A stretch of DNA of 64,000 nt. Source: a virus. Positions within the stretch are counted from its first letter, which is position 1, and each line of letters opens with the position of its first letter. The notes under the pieces are model-generated. The model was not told where the DNA came from and searched no databases. It saw nothing but the letters and a program-made list of their open reading frames with translations. Below, piece after piece: positions 20,065-31,092 of this stretch. Made by a program: the position numbers and the translations under genes. The stretch spans positions 1 through 64,000 of the IMG/VR virus record IMGVR_UViG_3300030294_000015; one strand, written 5' to 3'.

Positions 20065-20901
20065 TTAATCTGTTATTTCTATATCATATCTCAACATTGC
20101 AGGATAAAATACATCTCTAAATTGAGGAATATTCATTCCACCTTTATTATAAAGATAATCATCTGCTACTTCTTTTATATAAGATAGTTTCCTTGCTCTA
20201 TATACATAAAATGCTTCTTCTGAAGTTTTAAATCTTTTCTTAAATTTATTTATTTCAATACAATATTTTTGACTATAATTTTCAAAATAAACTCCTATAG
20301 GTAAATTTCCTCTTAAAGCTTTACGATTGAGAAATAGTAGATTAATTCTTTCTGGTACAAAACAACATGTATCTGGACCATATATTTTATTTCCTTTAAA
20401 TATTATATCCTTATCCACACACATTTTTTCATTTGGAAATTTATAATAATTTAAATTATACCATTTGATAAAATTTTGAAAATTCTCAAACCACGGATGA
20501 AGTTTAACATCTTTATATGATGGACTTTGTATTTTAAATTCTATAGAATTAGTTCTTGTCAACATATGATTCCAAAATCTATATATTTCAGGAACATCTT
20601 TTGGTCTATATCCTTCTCCTATATAACCAATACCACATGTGGCTTTATCATACGGCGATTTAATATCTTTTCCATTTTTAAAATGATTGTACATTCTATT
20701 ACAAATATTATTATATTTTATAGTACCATCTGATAATATATTAATAATACAGACATCTATATCAGCATTATTTCTATAATCAGTTATTATCATTGGAGAA
20801 CCAGAGAATTTATAGTTGACTTCTCCAATTCTTGGATGGTTATTTTTATTTGGTTCATCTCTTGTCATAAATTTCTTTAACTTTGGGTTTTCATTTTCCA
20901 T
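20065..20901 (-). CDS. Free-standing HNH-type homing endonuclease (paralog of 18558-19421)
   Basis: FENFQNFIKWY, VDKDII..YGPDTCCFVP; N-terminus nearly identical to its paralog. Confidence 0.75.
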   Translation of the reverse strand: MENENPKLKKFMTRDEPNKNNHPRIGEVNYKFSGSPMIITDYRNNADIDVCIINILSDGTIKYNNICNRMYNHFKNGKDIKSPYDKATCGIGYIGEGYRPKDVPEIYRFWNHMLTRTNSIEFKIQSPSYKDVKLHPWFENFQNFIKWYNLNYYKFPNEKMCVDKDIIFKGNKIYGPDTCCFVPERINLLFLNRKALRGNLPIGVYFENYSQKYCIEINKFKKRFKTSEEAFYVYRARKLSYIKEVADDYLYNKGGMNIPQFRDVFYPAMLRYDIEITD

Positions 20902-20914
20902 ATTATTTTCCTTT

Positions 20915-22656
20915 CTAAAATGAAATTATATTTGTGTAGTTGTTATGAGAATTACCTTGGTATATATCTAATGGAGCTAAAGGAAATAATGATAAAGAAC
21001 TATTAATGATTTTATTATAATCTATAAATATAGTCAAAAATTCAGGCATTGCAATATTTGTTGGAATACAAACTGACGTTATACTTCCTTTGTACATTTT
21101 ATCGGGTAATAATTCTTTTATTTTTATATATTTTTCCATAAAATAATCAGCTTTATTTTTAAAACTCAAATCATTCTTTTCTTTTGATTCTAAATATAAT
21201 TTATCAGCAGTTCTTTTTAATTTCTCTATGGTTTTTACGTTTATCAATACATCTACTAATTCTAAAGCATTACTTCCTTCCAGATCGAATCCATCCATAT
21301 TATCATCTTTAATTTTATTCCATGTATACATACCTTTAACTCCAGAAATCCTTAATGGGTCGTCATAATTTGCCAAAGCTTTTACTTTTCTAGGTTTGTA
21401 AAAATCTTTTTTACCAACTCTAAGGTTTTCATATATTTCTTTTTCAAATATTGCTAAATCTTTTAATAATTTAATTTGGTCAAATTCTGAAACATTTAAT
21501 ACATCTTCATACATTATTTGTTTTAATCTCTTTTGTGTGTATTTATTCGTAATACTTTTGGTAAGTGCCATTCCTTTATAATCCGTAAATCCATCTTTTA
21601 TCAAATTTCCTTCTTGTATTTCTTGTATAGAAGCATAATTCTTCTTTACATTTGTAAGAAGTATTGTCTTAAATAAGAATTCGTTTTTCATATTAATAAG
21701 ACATTCTTTACCCTCAGCCCATGAATGTGTATTCTTAGTATATCTTTCCATATAGTCATTTACAAAATGTGTAAGACAATAACTCATAATATTTACTATA
21801 GAATATCTTACACCTTCTTGTGGAATGATCTTTAAAGGATTAATCATCTTTTTCATTTGAATAACTTCATCATCATAGAAAGAATAATCTAAGTCATCTT
21901 CCATTCTTTCCATAAATTTAATTGGTTGCTTTAAATCATTAAACTCATCTGTTTCTAATCTTTCCATTAAATCTATAGGGGTGTGCTTTATCTTTAAATC
22001 TATTCCTTCTATTTTATTTAATACATAACGATAGAATGGATCTAAACTCAAAATATCGCTATCCGTGTCTGTGAGAGCTACAACTGAACGAATCATATTA
22101 TTATATTTATCTATTCTATTAAATATTTGATGATTATAATAGATATATTCATGTAATAATGTTTCAAAATATCCTAATTCTTCTTCAACTTCATGAGGAC
22201 ATTCATTTGGGTCCATAAATGGTTTATCTAATTTTTTAAGTACTTTAATCATAGATTCATTTACATGATTATTTTCTAAGAATTCATATAAATTATTTTT
22301 ATAGTATATTCTATTTACATTATCTGGTGATAATCCACATATTATATTATAAATTATATCCATATCTTTTTTATCGGGAATATAATTAAATCCACATGTA
22401 GAAATTATTTTAGCGAAACAATCATCTACAGATACATTACAATCTAATATATTATTATCATTAAATATTCTATCTGGAATTTCTTTTATTATATTATGTA
22501 TAAATTCTACTATTTCATTTAAACATTCAAATTTTGCATTATTAGCTAAGAATGATTCAAAGAATAATCCTGCTGAAGATATACATGATCTTGCTTGAGT
22601 TGTGATAGATGGAGCTACATGTAAATTGTATAGAATACAACTATATTGCCCTAAAC
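20915..22656 (-). CDS. Family-B DNA polymerase C-terminal subunit, exon 2
   Basis: Frame is open from 22656 (LGQYSCILYNLHVAPSITTQAR..) into the listed ORF; motif C LTDTDS, KNEF, KKNYA and YKG. Confidence 0.9.
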
Positions 22657-24398
22657 CGCTACATTCAATAAGTTTGTTAAACTTATCAGTTTTATTATAA
22701 ACTTCCCTACTGTTAAGTAGGTGGCTAGACTATATCATTTACCTATACAACTTTATTTCTAATCTTATATAGGCAACCTACCACTTCGATTTAAGGAGGC
22801 ATTATATCATTATTACTGAAAACCTCCACCTCAATAACTTAGGCTCTACTCTACTTGCTTTGTATTATTAAAGGTATTTAATTGTTTTTCTTTATATCCT
22901 TTTACTATTTTCTTGAAACTATTTCCTCTACATATTTCTCTTATAGCTTCATTTAAATTTTTATTTTTAAAGTCCAAATTCAATATATCCATTATTTCTT
23001 TTGTATTTTTTCTTTCAATGAAATGTAATTCACAAATTTGTTTAACAATGTCATTATCGAAATACTTAGATTTATCATTTAATTCTGGAAAATTGTAATC
23101 TTTAACAACATTCTTCCATTTAGATTTTCTAAGAATATGTGTAACTCTATCCCTAACTACTCTATCATTATAATCTAATTCCAATTCATTCATTATTTCT
23201 TTACATGATTTTGATTGCATTCTGAGTTCACATATATCTCTTACTATTTTTTCTGTGAATTTTTGCCCATATTTCAAATTTTCATATGGAGGAAAAATAT
23301 AATCTTTAGATATCTCTATCCATGTTTCTCTATTTATTATATGATTTACTCTTCCTTTAGTCGATTCATAATCCCAACCAAGTCTTTCACATATTTCTTT
23401 TGGAGTTAACATGTTTGTTCTCATTTCACAAATTTGTATTACTATATCTTCATCTATTTTTTGTGAATATTTTTCACTTTCTAATGGTGGCATATCATAA
23501 TTACATGTAATATAATTATATATTTCTCCTAATATAATTCTTCTTACTCGCATTCTTTCAGTTTCACTATATTCTAATCCTAATTCTTTTATTATTTCAT
23601 GTATTTGTAAACCTTGTTCTCTTAATTTACATATTGCATTTACTTGAACTTCTGTATATGCTTTATCATTATTTAAAATATTTTCATGTTGCATATTTAA
23701 AGCTCTAGTAGTCCATTCTAAATTAAATAAATAATTATCTAATTTATCCCCATATATATGATTAACATGTAAATCATTCATATTTAAGCAAGGTCTAAAA
23801 GTCATCATAATCAATCTATGTACCAATACATAATAAGATTGGTTATTAATACGTAATACTACTCTATAATAACCACTATTTATAATAGTAGAAATAATAA
23901 ATTGATTTCTTAAATTAGAATATACTCTTCCATGAGTACTTACACTATATTCATTATAATATAAACCATTAATATTCACATATGACCATTTTTCTGGATA
24001 TATTGGGCTTTGATATATTCTTGGATCTGTATAAAATGTAGGTGTATAATCTTCATCCATTCTATACATAAATTTTCTTAATATAAAAATCATACCTTTC
24101 AATTTATATTTACCTTTTAATAATACCTTATTTTTAACTAGACATATCTCTATGTAAACTAGTATATAGCTTTCGATAGTCGTTGAACATTAATTTCTTA
24201 ATGCTGCTGATTACTCCTTGTTAATAACACTTAGCACCTATATAATAGGCTTTTATTTCAGCATATGTCAGGTTCATACATTATTTCTACTTTCGTTACC
24301 ATTTCTTATTAATTATGGTTTATGAACTTTTGTGAGCTTCCCAGCAATTCAATAGGTTATTCATTTTTATGTTACCATAAAAAGGGGCAGGAAAGTTT
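22657..24398 (-). mobile_element. Group I intron (1742 nt) in the DNA polymerase gene, carrying an HNH endonuclease
   Basis: Core elements AATTGCTGGGAAG, AATCAGCAGC, GTTCAACGACTATCG and GATATAGTCTAG; P1 GGGU/GCCC with U-G pair; terminal G; splicing restores NSLYG-C-LGQY. Confidence 0.92.
22846..24102 (-). CDS. Intron-encoded HNH homing endonuclease (NUMOD4-like + HNH + 4 helical repeats)
   Basis: YSVSTHGRVYS, VHRLIMMTF, VNHIYGDKLDN..NLEWTT..N. Confidence 0.88.
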   Translation of the reverse strand: MKGMIFILRKFMYRMDEDYTPTFYTDPRIYQSPIYPEKWSYVNINGLYYNEYSVSTHGRVYSNLRNQFIISTIINSGYYRVVLRINNQSYYVLVHRLIMMTFRPCLNMNDLHVNHIYGDKLDNYLFNLEWTTRALNMQHENILNNDKAYTEVQVNAICKLREQGLQIHEIIKELGLEYSETERMRVRRIILGEIYNYITCNYDMPPLESEKYSQKIDEDIVIQICEMRTNMLTPKEICERLGWDYESTKGRVNHIINRETWIEISKDYIFPPYENLKYGQKFTEKIVRDICELRMQSKSCKEIMNELELDYNDRVVRDRVTHILRKSKWKNVVKDYNFPELNDKSKYFDNDIVKQICELHFIERKNTKEIMDILNLDFKNKNLNEAIREICRGNSFKKIVKGYKEKQLNTFNNTKQVE

Positions 24399-24840
24399 AC
24401 CCGTATAAAGAATTCGTGTCGATCTTATATAGTAATTGTAACAAATTATATTTTTCAAAATCTTCACTTCCCTTAGGAAATTTAAACATCATCTTCTTAG
24501 CTTTCTTTCTGTTATCAAGATAAGAACTTATAAGATTAATTAATGGATTTCTCATTTCTGAATGACGTTTAAACATTACACCTGAAGCACAGAGAATGGG
24601 TTGCCTGTTTATTATATATTCTATTGTATCTAATAGAGTAGTATTTATTGTCTTCTCATTATAATTATTATATAATTTTGCTTGAGGATTTTGGAATCTA
24701 GTTTCTATAGATTGATTTACAGCTTTCTCTAAATCCATTTTATTTAATCCTGGAAAGTTTAAAGGAAGCATATCCATTACTACCTCTTTATATTGTTTGA
24801 TAATTTGCTTGTCTTGTAATTCTGTAATACTACAAGCCAT
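24399..24840 (-). CDS. Family-B DNA polymerase C-terminal subunit, exon 1
   Basis: SGVMF, YLDNRKKAKKMM and motif B Q..YKIDTNSLYG, ending at the 5' splice site. Confidence 0.9.
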
Positions 24841-24978
24841 ATAATCACACTCCTTTTAATTATTACTTGAAAGTTTTGGTCATATTAATTTCTAATTATT
24901 CTCTTAAATCTTGATATAGGTAACATTTAAATAAATTAAATATATTGATTATCAATGAATTAGAAGGAGGAAATTCTC

Positions 24979-25464
24979 ATGGGAAGATACAATACAACTT
25001 TACCATCACTAAACACAATTCAAGAAAACTCTGCTTCATTTGAAGAAGAATATAACTCACAAGCAATTGACGAAAATATGTCCTTGTCAGAAGAAGGTTG
25101 GAAAGAATTAAATGAATCCTACTACTGCAATGAACTTTGTCATTTAACACAAGGTAGAATAGAACAATTCTTAGAATCTACTGAGTGTCAATTAATGCTT
25201 GAAAAATCATTAATTGGTAAGAAAACTATGATTAAATTATCAAAAATGGATGACTTAGAGAGACGTATAGGTATGGCTGCTATACAATTAGCTAAAGAAC
25301 ATAATGATCCTTTATATGAGAAGCTTAAACTCAATAGAATCAAAGAAAGACAATTATTAGGAGCTATCAATAAAAGATATGTAAATCCTGCTAGTAAAGT
25401 AGCAAAGGTTCAACAAAAAGAACATATTCAAAATAAAATTCCAATTGGTTATGCAAGACCATAA
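24979..25464 (+). CDS. hypothetical protein, probably internal head protein
   Basis: Late promoter, AAGGAGG RBS and several (I/L)xE sites in the N-terminal part. Confidence 0.55.
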   Translation: MGRYNTTLPSLNTIQENSASFEEEYNSQAIDENMSLSEEGWKELNESYYCNELCHLTQGRIEQFLESTECQLMLEKSLIGKKTMIKLSKMDDLERRIGMAAIQLAKEHNDPLYEKLKLNRIKERQLLGAINKRYVNPASKVAKVQQKEHIQNKIPIGYARP

Positions 25465-25588
25465 TATAATTAATTATGATAGTACTTATTATAGTACTAT
25501 CATATTTTACGAATTAATATTTAAAATAATTATATATTATATATATGATAACAAGATAATGAATATTTTAAGGAGGATGAATTTTATT

Positions 25589-27079
25589 ATGGACGAGATA
25601 AATTACTTAAATGAAAAATTATCATCAGATGAAAGGAAAGTGATATATAAATCTGCTTCTCCAAAATACTCTCCAAAAGAAGAAATGGGAAAATTACAGG
25701 AGGAAGAAGAATTATTAAAAAGAAAAATATACTTTGATGTAATGGATTGTATATTAGGTATATGTAAAGAAGATGATAAATCTAATGTAATAGATCAAAT
25801 GATAATGTATTATAAAACAAATATAAATAAAAGTAAAAATAGTTTGAAAAATTTATTAGAAAAAAATAAATGTATAGTATATGAAAATACACCAGACATA
25901 ATGAAAGAAATGTTGTTAGAGAAATATACAGGAAAAGATTCACATAAAAAAGAATATATATTTTATCCTAAAGAAGATGAACTTAACAAACTTAAAGCAA
26001 AATATTGGTTAGATGATGTAGATGAAATACTTGAGTTATTAAAAAATAATAAAATATCTGAAGAAAAACATGTTGGATATATAGGACATCCATCATTAAA
26101 TAAAAAATTTGAAGGATTCATGAAAGAAGAATTATGTAATATTGATTCTCTTCATGATATAAGTGGAGTTCAATTTAAAGGTGCTATGGTAGGAAACCCA
26201 ATTACAGGAGAATATTCATATATTAATAATGAAAAACCTGATTTGTCTAGTATAGAATTTGATTATAATCAATTATATAATGGTGGTAACCTTCCAATAA
26301 TTTATGCAAGATTCCCTGAATTTATGAATGATACTTCGTATAATATTAAAGAAGATGAATCGCAAAGTTCATTTTCTAAATGCCATAAATTATGGTTAAA
26401 AGGAGTAAGAAACCCTATATATGATTTTGATAATACTTCAATGTATTCCAAAGTCCAAATATCATATAATGTGTTACATAATAATGTACATATATCATTA
26501 AAACCAAAACAAATAGTATTTATGATATATGGTGATTTGATATTTAAAATTTCAGGAAATAATAAAATAGATTTTGAATGTACTACAGGTAATCTAGATA
26601 TAAATGGAGTTTATTATAAAACATTTGATTATTTCTTTATAACTCAACCACAACTTAATAGACCAAGACAAACTGCTGTAATTACATATGAACAATATAG
26701 ATTACTAAGAAAATCTACAAAAGAATTGTTTCCGTCTATAGAGACTTTTGGTAGAGGATTTATTAAAGATATAAATGATTCTATATCTTGTGTATATAAA
26801 CATGCTATGAATAATGAAGTTTATTTATATACATATAATCATAGTAATTATAATAAACCAGAAGATGTTATTACTATAGATTCTTTAAGAGATATGTGTC
26901 CTAAAATTACGTATGGAATGAATAATGATTCACCTTTTGTAAGAAAAGGTGATGGTACTTATAGAATTAAAAGATTAGACGAAATAGTTCATGATGAGCT
27001 AAATAGAAAAGATTATAATGCTGATAGAATAATAGAGTCAAAACAAAAGAAACCAATATATTCAAAGAGAAGATGTTAA
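25589..27079 (+). CDS. hypothetical mosaic protein
   Basis: Start moved to ATG 25589 after AGGAGG; early promoter at 25528-25540. Confidence 0.65.
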   Translation: MDEINYLNEKLSSDERKVIYKSASPKYSPKEEMGKLQEEEELLKRKIYFDVMDCILGICKEDDKSNVIDQMIMYYKTNINKSKNSLKNLLEKNKCIVYENTPDIMKEMLLEKYTGKDSHKKEYIFYPKEDELNKLKAKYWLDDVDEILELLKNNKISEEKHVGYIGHPSLNKKFEGFMKEELCNIDSLHDISGVQFKGAMVGNPITGEYSYINNEKPDLSSIEFDYNQLYNGGNLPIIYARFPEFMNDTSYNIKEDESQSSFSKCHKLWLKGVRNPIYDFDNTSMYSKVQISYNVLHNNVHISLKPKQIVFMIYGDLIFKISGNNKIDFECTTGNLDINGVYYKTFDYFFITQPQLNRPRQTAVITYEQYRLLRKSTKELFPSIETFGRGFIKDINDSISCVYKHAMNNEVYLYTYNHSNYNKPEDVITIDSLRDMCPKITYGMNNDSPFVRKGDGTYRIKRLDEIVHDELNRKDYNADRIIESKQKKPIYSKRRC

Positions 27080-27312
27080 TGATGTCTATATTATCAGATG
27101 ATGAACAATCATACTCAACATTTATACCATATGAAGAAATAGAAGTTATACCTTCTTTTACTAGTATAAGAAATAGATTGTCTGATAAGGAAATAAAAAG
27201 ACTAATACTTGAAAAATATAAATCTAGATTTGGACCTGATTTTAACCAAGATAAAAGAATATTTGAAAATGAACCTATATCATTAGAAATTAAATTAGAG
27301 GAGAATAAATAA
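27073..27312 (+). CDS. hypothetical protein
   Basis: Short ORF overlapping the upstream stop. Confidence 0.5.
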   Translation: MLMMSILSDDEQSYSTFIPYEEIEVIPSFTSIRNRLSDKEIKRLILEKYKSRFGPDFNQDKRIFENEPISLEIKLEENK

Positions 27313-27313
27313 T

Positions 27314-27805
27314 ATGAATGATTTAAAAGTAAAATATTATAAAGTAAAAGCTACAGAAGAAAAACATAAAGAATTAATGAATCAGAATACTATAAATTCT
27401 AATATAGATTCTATGGTTATATTTGATAAGGTCGAATGTGATGGGGATATAGATATACTTAGAGGTTTATATTCATCTTGTATACAAAGAGAAGCTGAAA
27501 GAAATTTTGATGAAGAATTAAATAAAGAAGAACAATTTGAGTATTATAATTTTATAAATGATACATTGGATAATTTAGAACCAATATTACATGACAGATG
27601 GTATTGTCATAATATAAAAGGAAATAAAGATATAGAAAGAGAAAAATCAGAAGTTGGGTTTGTTGCTTTAGATTTAATAAATAATGAAAATATTGATAGA
27701 GATCAAACAATAAAAATTAGATCATGGACAGATGGTATAGAAGAGATTAAACCTATTTCTAATATGTCAAACATAGAAGGCGGTTTATCAATTATAATTG
27801 AATAA
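27314..27805 (+). CDS. hypothetical protein
   Basis: GAGGAG RBS. Confidence 0.6.
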   Translation: MNDLKVKYYKVKATEEKHKELMNQNTINSNIDSMVIFDKVECDGDIDILRGLYSSCIQREAERNFDEELNKEEQFEYYNFINDTLDNLEPILHDRWYCHNIKGNKDIEREKSEVGFVALDLINNENIDRDQTIKIRSWTDGIEEIKPISNMSNIEGGLSIIIE

Positions 27806-27812
27806 TTTATAT

Positions 27813-27825
27813 AATTGTATATTAT
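27813..27825 (+). promoter_or_regulatory. Early promoter AATTGTATATTAT (RNAP beta'-C gene)
   Basis: Identical or near-identical copies at 25528, 30320, 36096, 46884, 52136, 57271 and 60092(-). Confidence 0.65.
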
Positions 27826-27842
27826 ATATTTGAGGTGATGGA

Positions 27843-29954
27843 ATGAAAAGTGAATTTGTAGATGATATTGTACAAGATTTAAACGAGACCGTTCTGTATT
27901 ATGAGAACTATGGACCTTTTGCTGATTTTGCAAAAAATAAACAAATGATATTAGATGTAGGTGGATTAAACATTAATAATTATGAGTCTTATTATTATGG
28001 TATTCTAAATTTAATGCTAGATACTATAGAAACGGATTATACTACAGACCATATGATTACATTGAGATTTGATGGAGATAAGACTTGTCAAATGTCAATT
28101 CCTGATGTATGGATGAATCTAATAATGTGGTATATAATAGTTAAAACCAATAGAAAGATAATACCTAAATACATATTCTTTGAGACATGTGTCACAAAGG
28201 GAAATATAAAAAGATACATAGACAATTATCTAATAGAAGAATATATTACTTCTATTGATATTATTGATTTAAATAATATCATTGATGATTGTCTTCATAA
28301 ATTGTTAGATATTAATGAATTTAGTATGTTCCTAGCTAATACTATCAATCTAGAAGATTTCATTATATTAATGAATGAGAATGAAAGATTCAATGAATTA
28401 ATCCATGCTAATATACCTAAAGAAACTCCATTAGATAGGGTAAAAGAAATTGGTATGGATTTAACTATGGAAATGATAGAAATAATGAAGAAATCTAAAC
28501 ATGGATTGGCTGCTTTCTTCAATGCACAAGAAGGAATTAATATTAAACAATTTAGAGAGTTTGGTGTCAATATTGGTACTAAACCAGATGGTGATGGTGG
28601 AATTTTCCCTACTATAGTAAATACCAATTTCTTAATAGGTGGGGTAAATGATTTACTATCATATCACATAGAATCACATTCTGGTAGATTAGCACAGATA
28701 ATAGTTGAAGATAATGTATCCGACTCAGGATATTTTGCTAGACTATTAGGAATAAATAATGTAGATTCTTTCATACATCAAGATCCACATTACGATTGTG
28801 GAACTAGAAATTTCGTACCTGTTTTTATTAAAGACGCTTCTACATTGAAGCGTTATAATTTTAGATATTATAGACTGACTGAAAATGGTATGGAATATTT
28901 ATTGAAAGAATCTGATAATCATTTAGTAAATAAAACAATATTATTACGTTCTCCTATGACATGTAAATCTCATGCAGAAGGGAATGGAATCTGTTATAAA
29001 TGTTATGGTCATCTAGCATTTATAGTAAGGCTTATTAACGCAGGGAAAATTGCAGCTGAGTTATTATCATCTGTATTAACTCAAAAGATGTTATCAGCAA
29101 AGCATCTTCTTGAAGCTGCTGTACAATCTTTAACTTGGAGTCCTGAATTTGTAGATTATTTTGTTCTAGACTATAATAATATAAAATGTAGACCTGATAT
29201 GGATTTTAAAGGATATAAAATTATTATAGCAGCAACAGATATAATGGCAACTTCAGAAGACGATGGAGGTGATATGAACGAATATATAAATAGTTTCATA
29301 TTAGAAACACCAAATGGAGAAAGAATTAAAATATATACTGCTGAAATTAATAATCTATACCTAACTGTAGAAACTAATAATATAATCAGAGAATTTGGTA
29401 TGAATAATGGGGATGAAGATATAGCTTTTGATATTTCTTTATTATCAGGAAAACCAATATTCTCTGTAGATATTGTTAATAATGATTTGAATGACACATT
29501 GAATAAGATTAGATATACAATCAATAATAAGAAACATATTGAAGATGATGTATCTAATTTAGGATATTGGTTACAAGAATTAATGGATAGACTGGAAGAA
29601 GGTCATATGTCATTAGCTTCCATTCATGCAGAGGTAATATTATCAAATCAAATTAGAAGTGTTGATAGCATTTTAGATAAACCAGATTGGAGTGTTCCAC
29701 ATCAAGGTTATAACATGTTAGCACTTAAAACGTCTTTAAGCAAACATCCTTCAATAAGTGTTACATTAGCATTTGAAGGTATTAAAGCAGCGTTATATAA
29801 CCCATTGACATTTAAGAAGAATAAACCTAGCTTCTTAGACTTGTTCTTTGTAGTAAAACCTCAGGAATATTTATCCGATGATAGTAAAGTTATTAAGACT
29901 TCTATAGGTGATAAAGATTCTACAGGTAAAACAATATTTATGAAGAGAGAATAA
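27843..29954 (+). CDS. RNA polymerase beta'-like C-terminal subunit (probably non-virion RNAP)
   Basis: Bridge helix VSDSGYFARLL, DCGT, Zn motif RSPMTC..ICYKCYG, trigger loop TQKMLSAKH and HAEVIL; early promoter. Confidence 0.9.
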   Translation: MKSEFVDDIVQDLNETVLYYENYGPFADFAKNKQMILDVGGLNINNYESYYYGILNLMLDTIETDYTTDHMITLRFDGDKTCQMSIPDVWMNLIMWYIIVKTNRKIIPKYIFFETCVTKGNIKRYIDNYLIEEYITSIDIIDLNNIIDDCLHKLLDINEFSMFLANTINLEDFIILMNENERFNELIHANIPKETPLDRVKEIGMDLTMEMIEIMKKSKHGLAAFFNAQEGINIKQFREFGVNIGTKPDGDGGIFPTIVNTNFLIGGVNDLLSYHIESHSGRLAQIIVEDNVSDSGYFARLLGINNVDSFIHQDPHYDCGTRNFVPVFIKDASTLKRYNFRYYRLTENGMEYLLKESDNHLVNKTILLRSPMTCKSHAEGNGICYKCYGHLAFIVRLINAGKIAAELLSSVLTQKMLSAKHLLEAAVQSLTWSPEFVDYFVLDYNNIKCRPDMDFKGYKIIIAATDIMATSEDDGGDMNEYINSFILETPNGERIKIYTAEINNLYLTVETNNIIREFGMNNGDEDIAFDISLLSGKPIFSVDIVNNDLNDTLNKIRYTINNKKHIEDDVSNLGYWLQELMDRLEEGHMSLASIHAEVILSNQIRSVDSILDKPDWSVPHQGYNMLALKTSLSKHPSISVTLAFEGIKAALYNPLTFKKNKPSFLDLFFVVKPQEYLSDDSKVIKTSIGDKDSTGKTIFMKRE

Positions 29955-29981
29955 ACTTCATAATATAATACAATTTTATAA

Positions 29982-30239
29982 TTGATGGGAGACAGAAATA
30001 TGAAATCAAATACACTATCAAAAACAACTAAAGAAAAAAGCCTAAACAGTTTCAAATTTTCAGTAATGAAAATAAATAAAGATGACAGAGTAAAAGTATC
30101 ACTTAAAGATCATTCTATACTTATCGGTTATGTAAAAATAATCCATGATAACAATGGATTTAAACTAATCGATGAAAAATTTGATGAACATGAATTGAAA
30201 ATTTCTGATGTTGAAACAATAGGTAAAGATACATATTAG
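29982..30239 (+). CDS. hypothetical small beta-barrel (Sm/SH3-like) protein
   Basis: RVKVSLKDHSILIGYVKII..LKISDVETI pattern. Confidence 0.5.
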   Translation: MMGDRNMKSNTLSKTTKEKSLNSFKFSVMKINKDDRVKVSLKDHSILIGYVKIIHDNNGFKLIDEKFDEHELKISDVETIGKDTY

Positions 30240-30378
30240 TGGAATGGGGGTAATTCCCCCATTCTATATTTTATACACTAATCCTATTTAGAGGATTTTT
30301 TGTAAAAATAAATTATTATAATTGTATATTATAATAATGAATAAAATAAAAATATTATAAAGAAGGATGTGTATTAAA

Positions 30379-31061
30379 ATGAAAATTAATGGAAGAAAAA
30401 TCAGAAGCAAATCTATGAAAATGAGAAAGAGAATTAAGAAAGTAAAAGTAAATAAAATTATAGAACCAAATAAAACAGAAAATATAATATCAAAAGTTTC
30501 AAGTATTGCAGCGAACTGGTGGGGAGATAAGGTATGTAATCCTAAATTTGATAATGGAGACAATGGTTCTAATGGTGGAATGGTAATGATGTTAGCAATA
30601 CTGAATACTAAATCAGTTGATGAAACTTCTAAAAAGAAATTTATAAAAATATTAGAAAAAGCTATTATTAATGAATTAGAATCTAGAAAAGAACAACATA
30701 GAACTCCAAAAATGACATTAAGTGTTGATTATAATCCCGATATGATACTAAGTAATTGTGCAAAAGTATCAGGAATTTCTGATTCTAATTTTCCATGGAA
30801 AACAACTATGTGGATGATAATAATTCTGTATCAGTGAGATATGGATGTCAATCTCAAATGAAATATCTATATAGTAATAAAGAATGTTGGCGAAAAAATA
30901 TTACTTCAATTGAAGAAGCTATAAAGGAATATGAAAGAGAAGATTCTTTGTCATATATAGATGATGAAAAAGAAAGGGATAAAAGAAGAAAAGAATTGAT
31001 AAGTCAATATAAAGAAGAAATAATAGAAGCTGAAAAAGAGTTAGAAAAAGCCGAAGAATAA
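30379..31061 (+). pseudogene. hypothetical gene split by a 1-nt frameshift near 30815
   Basis: ORFs 30367-30837 and 30795-31061 join as FPWKTTMW[I]DNNSVSVRYG if one base is restored. Confidence 0.6.
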
Positions 31062-31092
31062 AATAATTATAAAGGAAGGAGAATCATAAAAT

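Noticed and set aside
25445-25588. N-terminal extension of the 544-aa ORF
   Set aside because: It spans a hairpin and the early promoter; the real RBS precedes ATG 25589.
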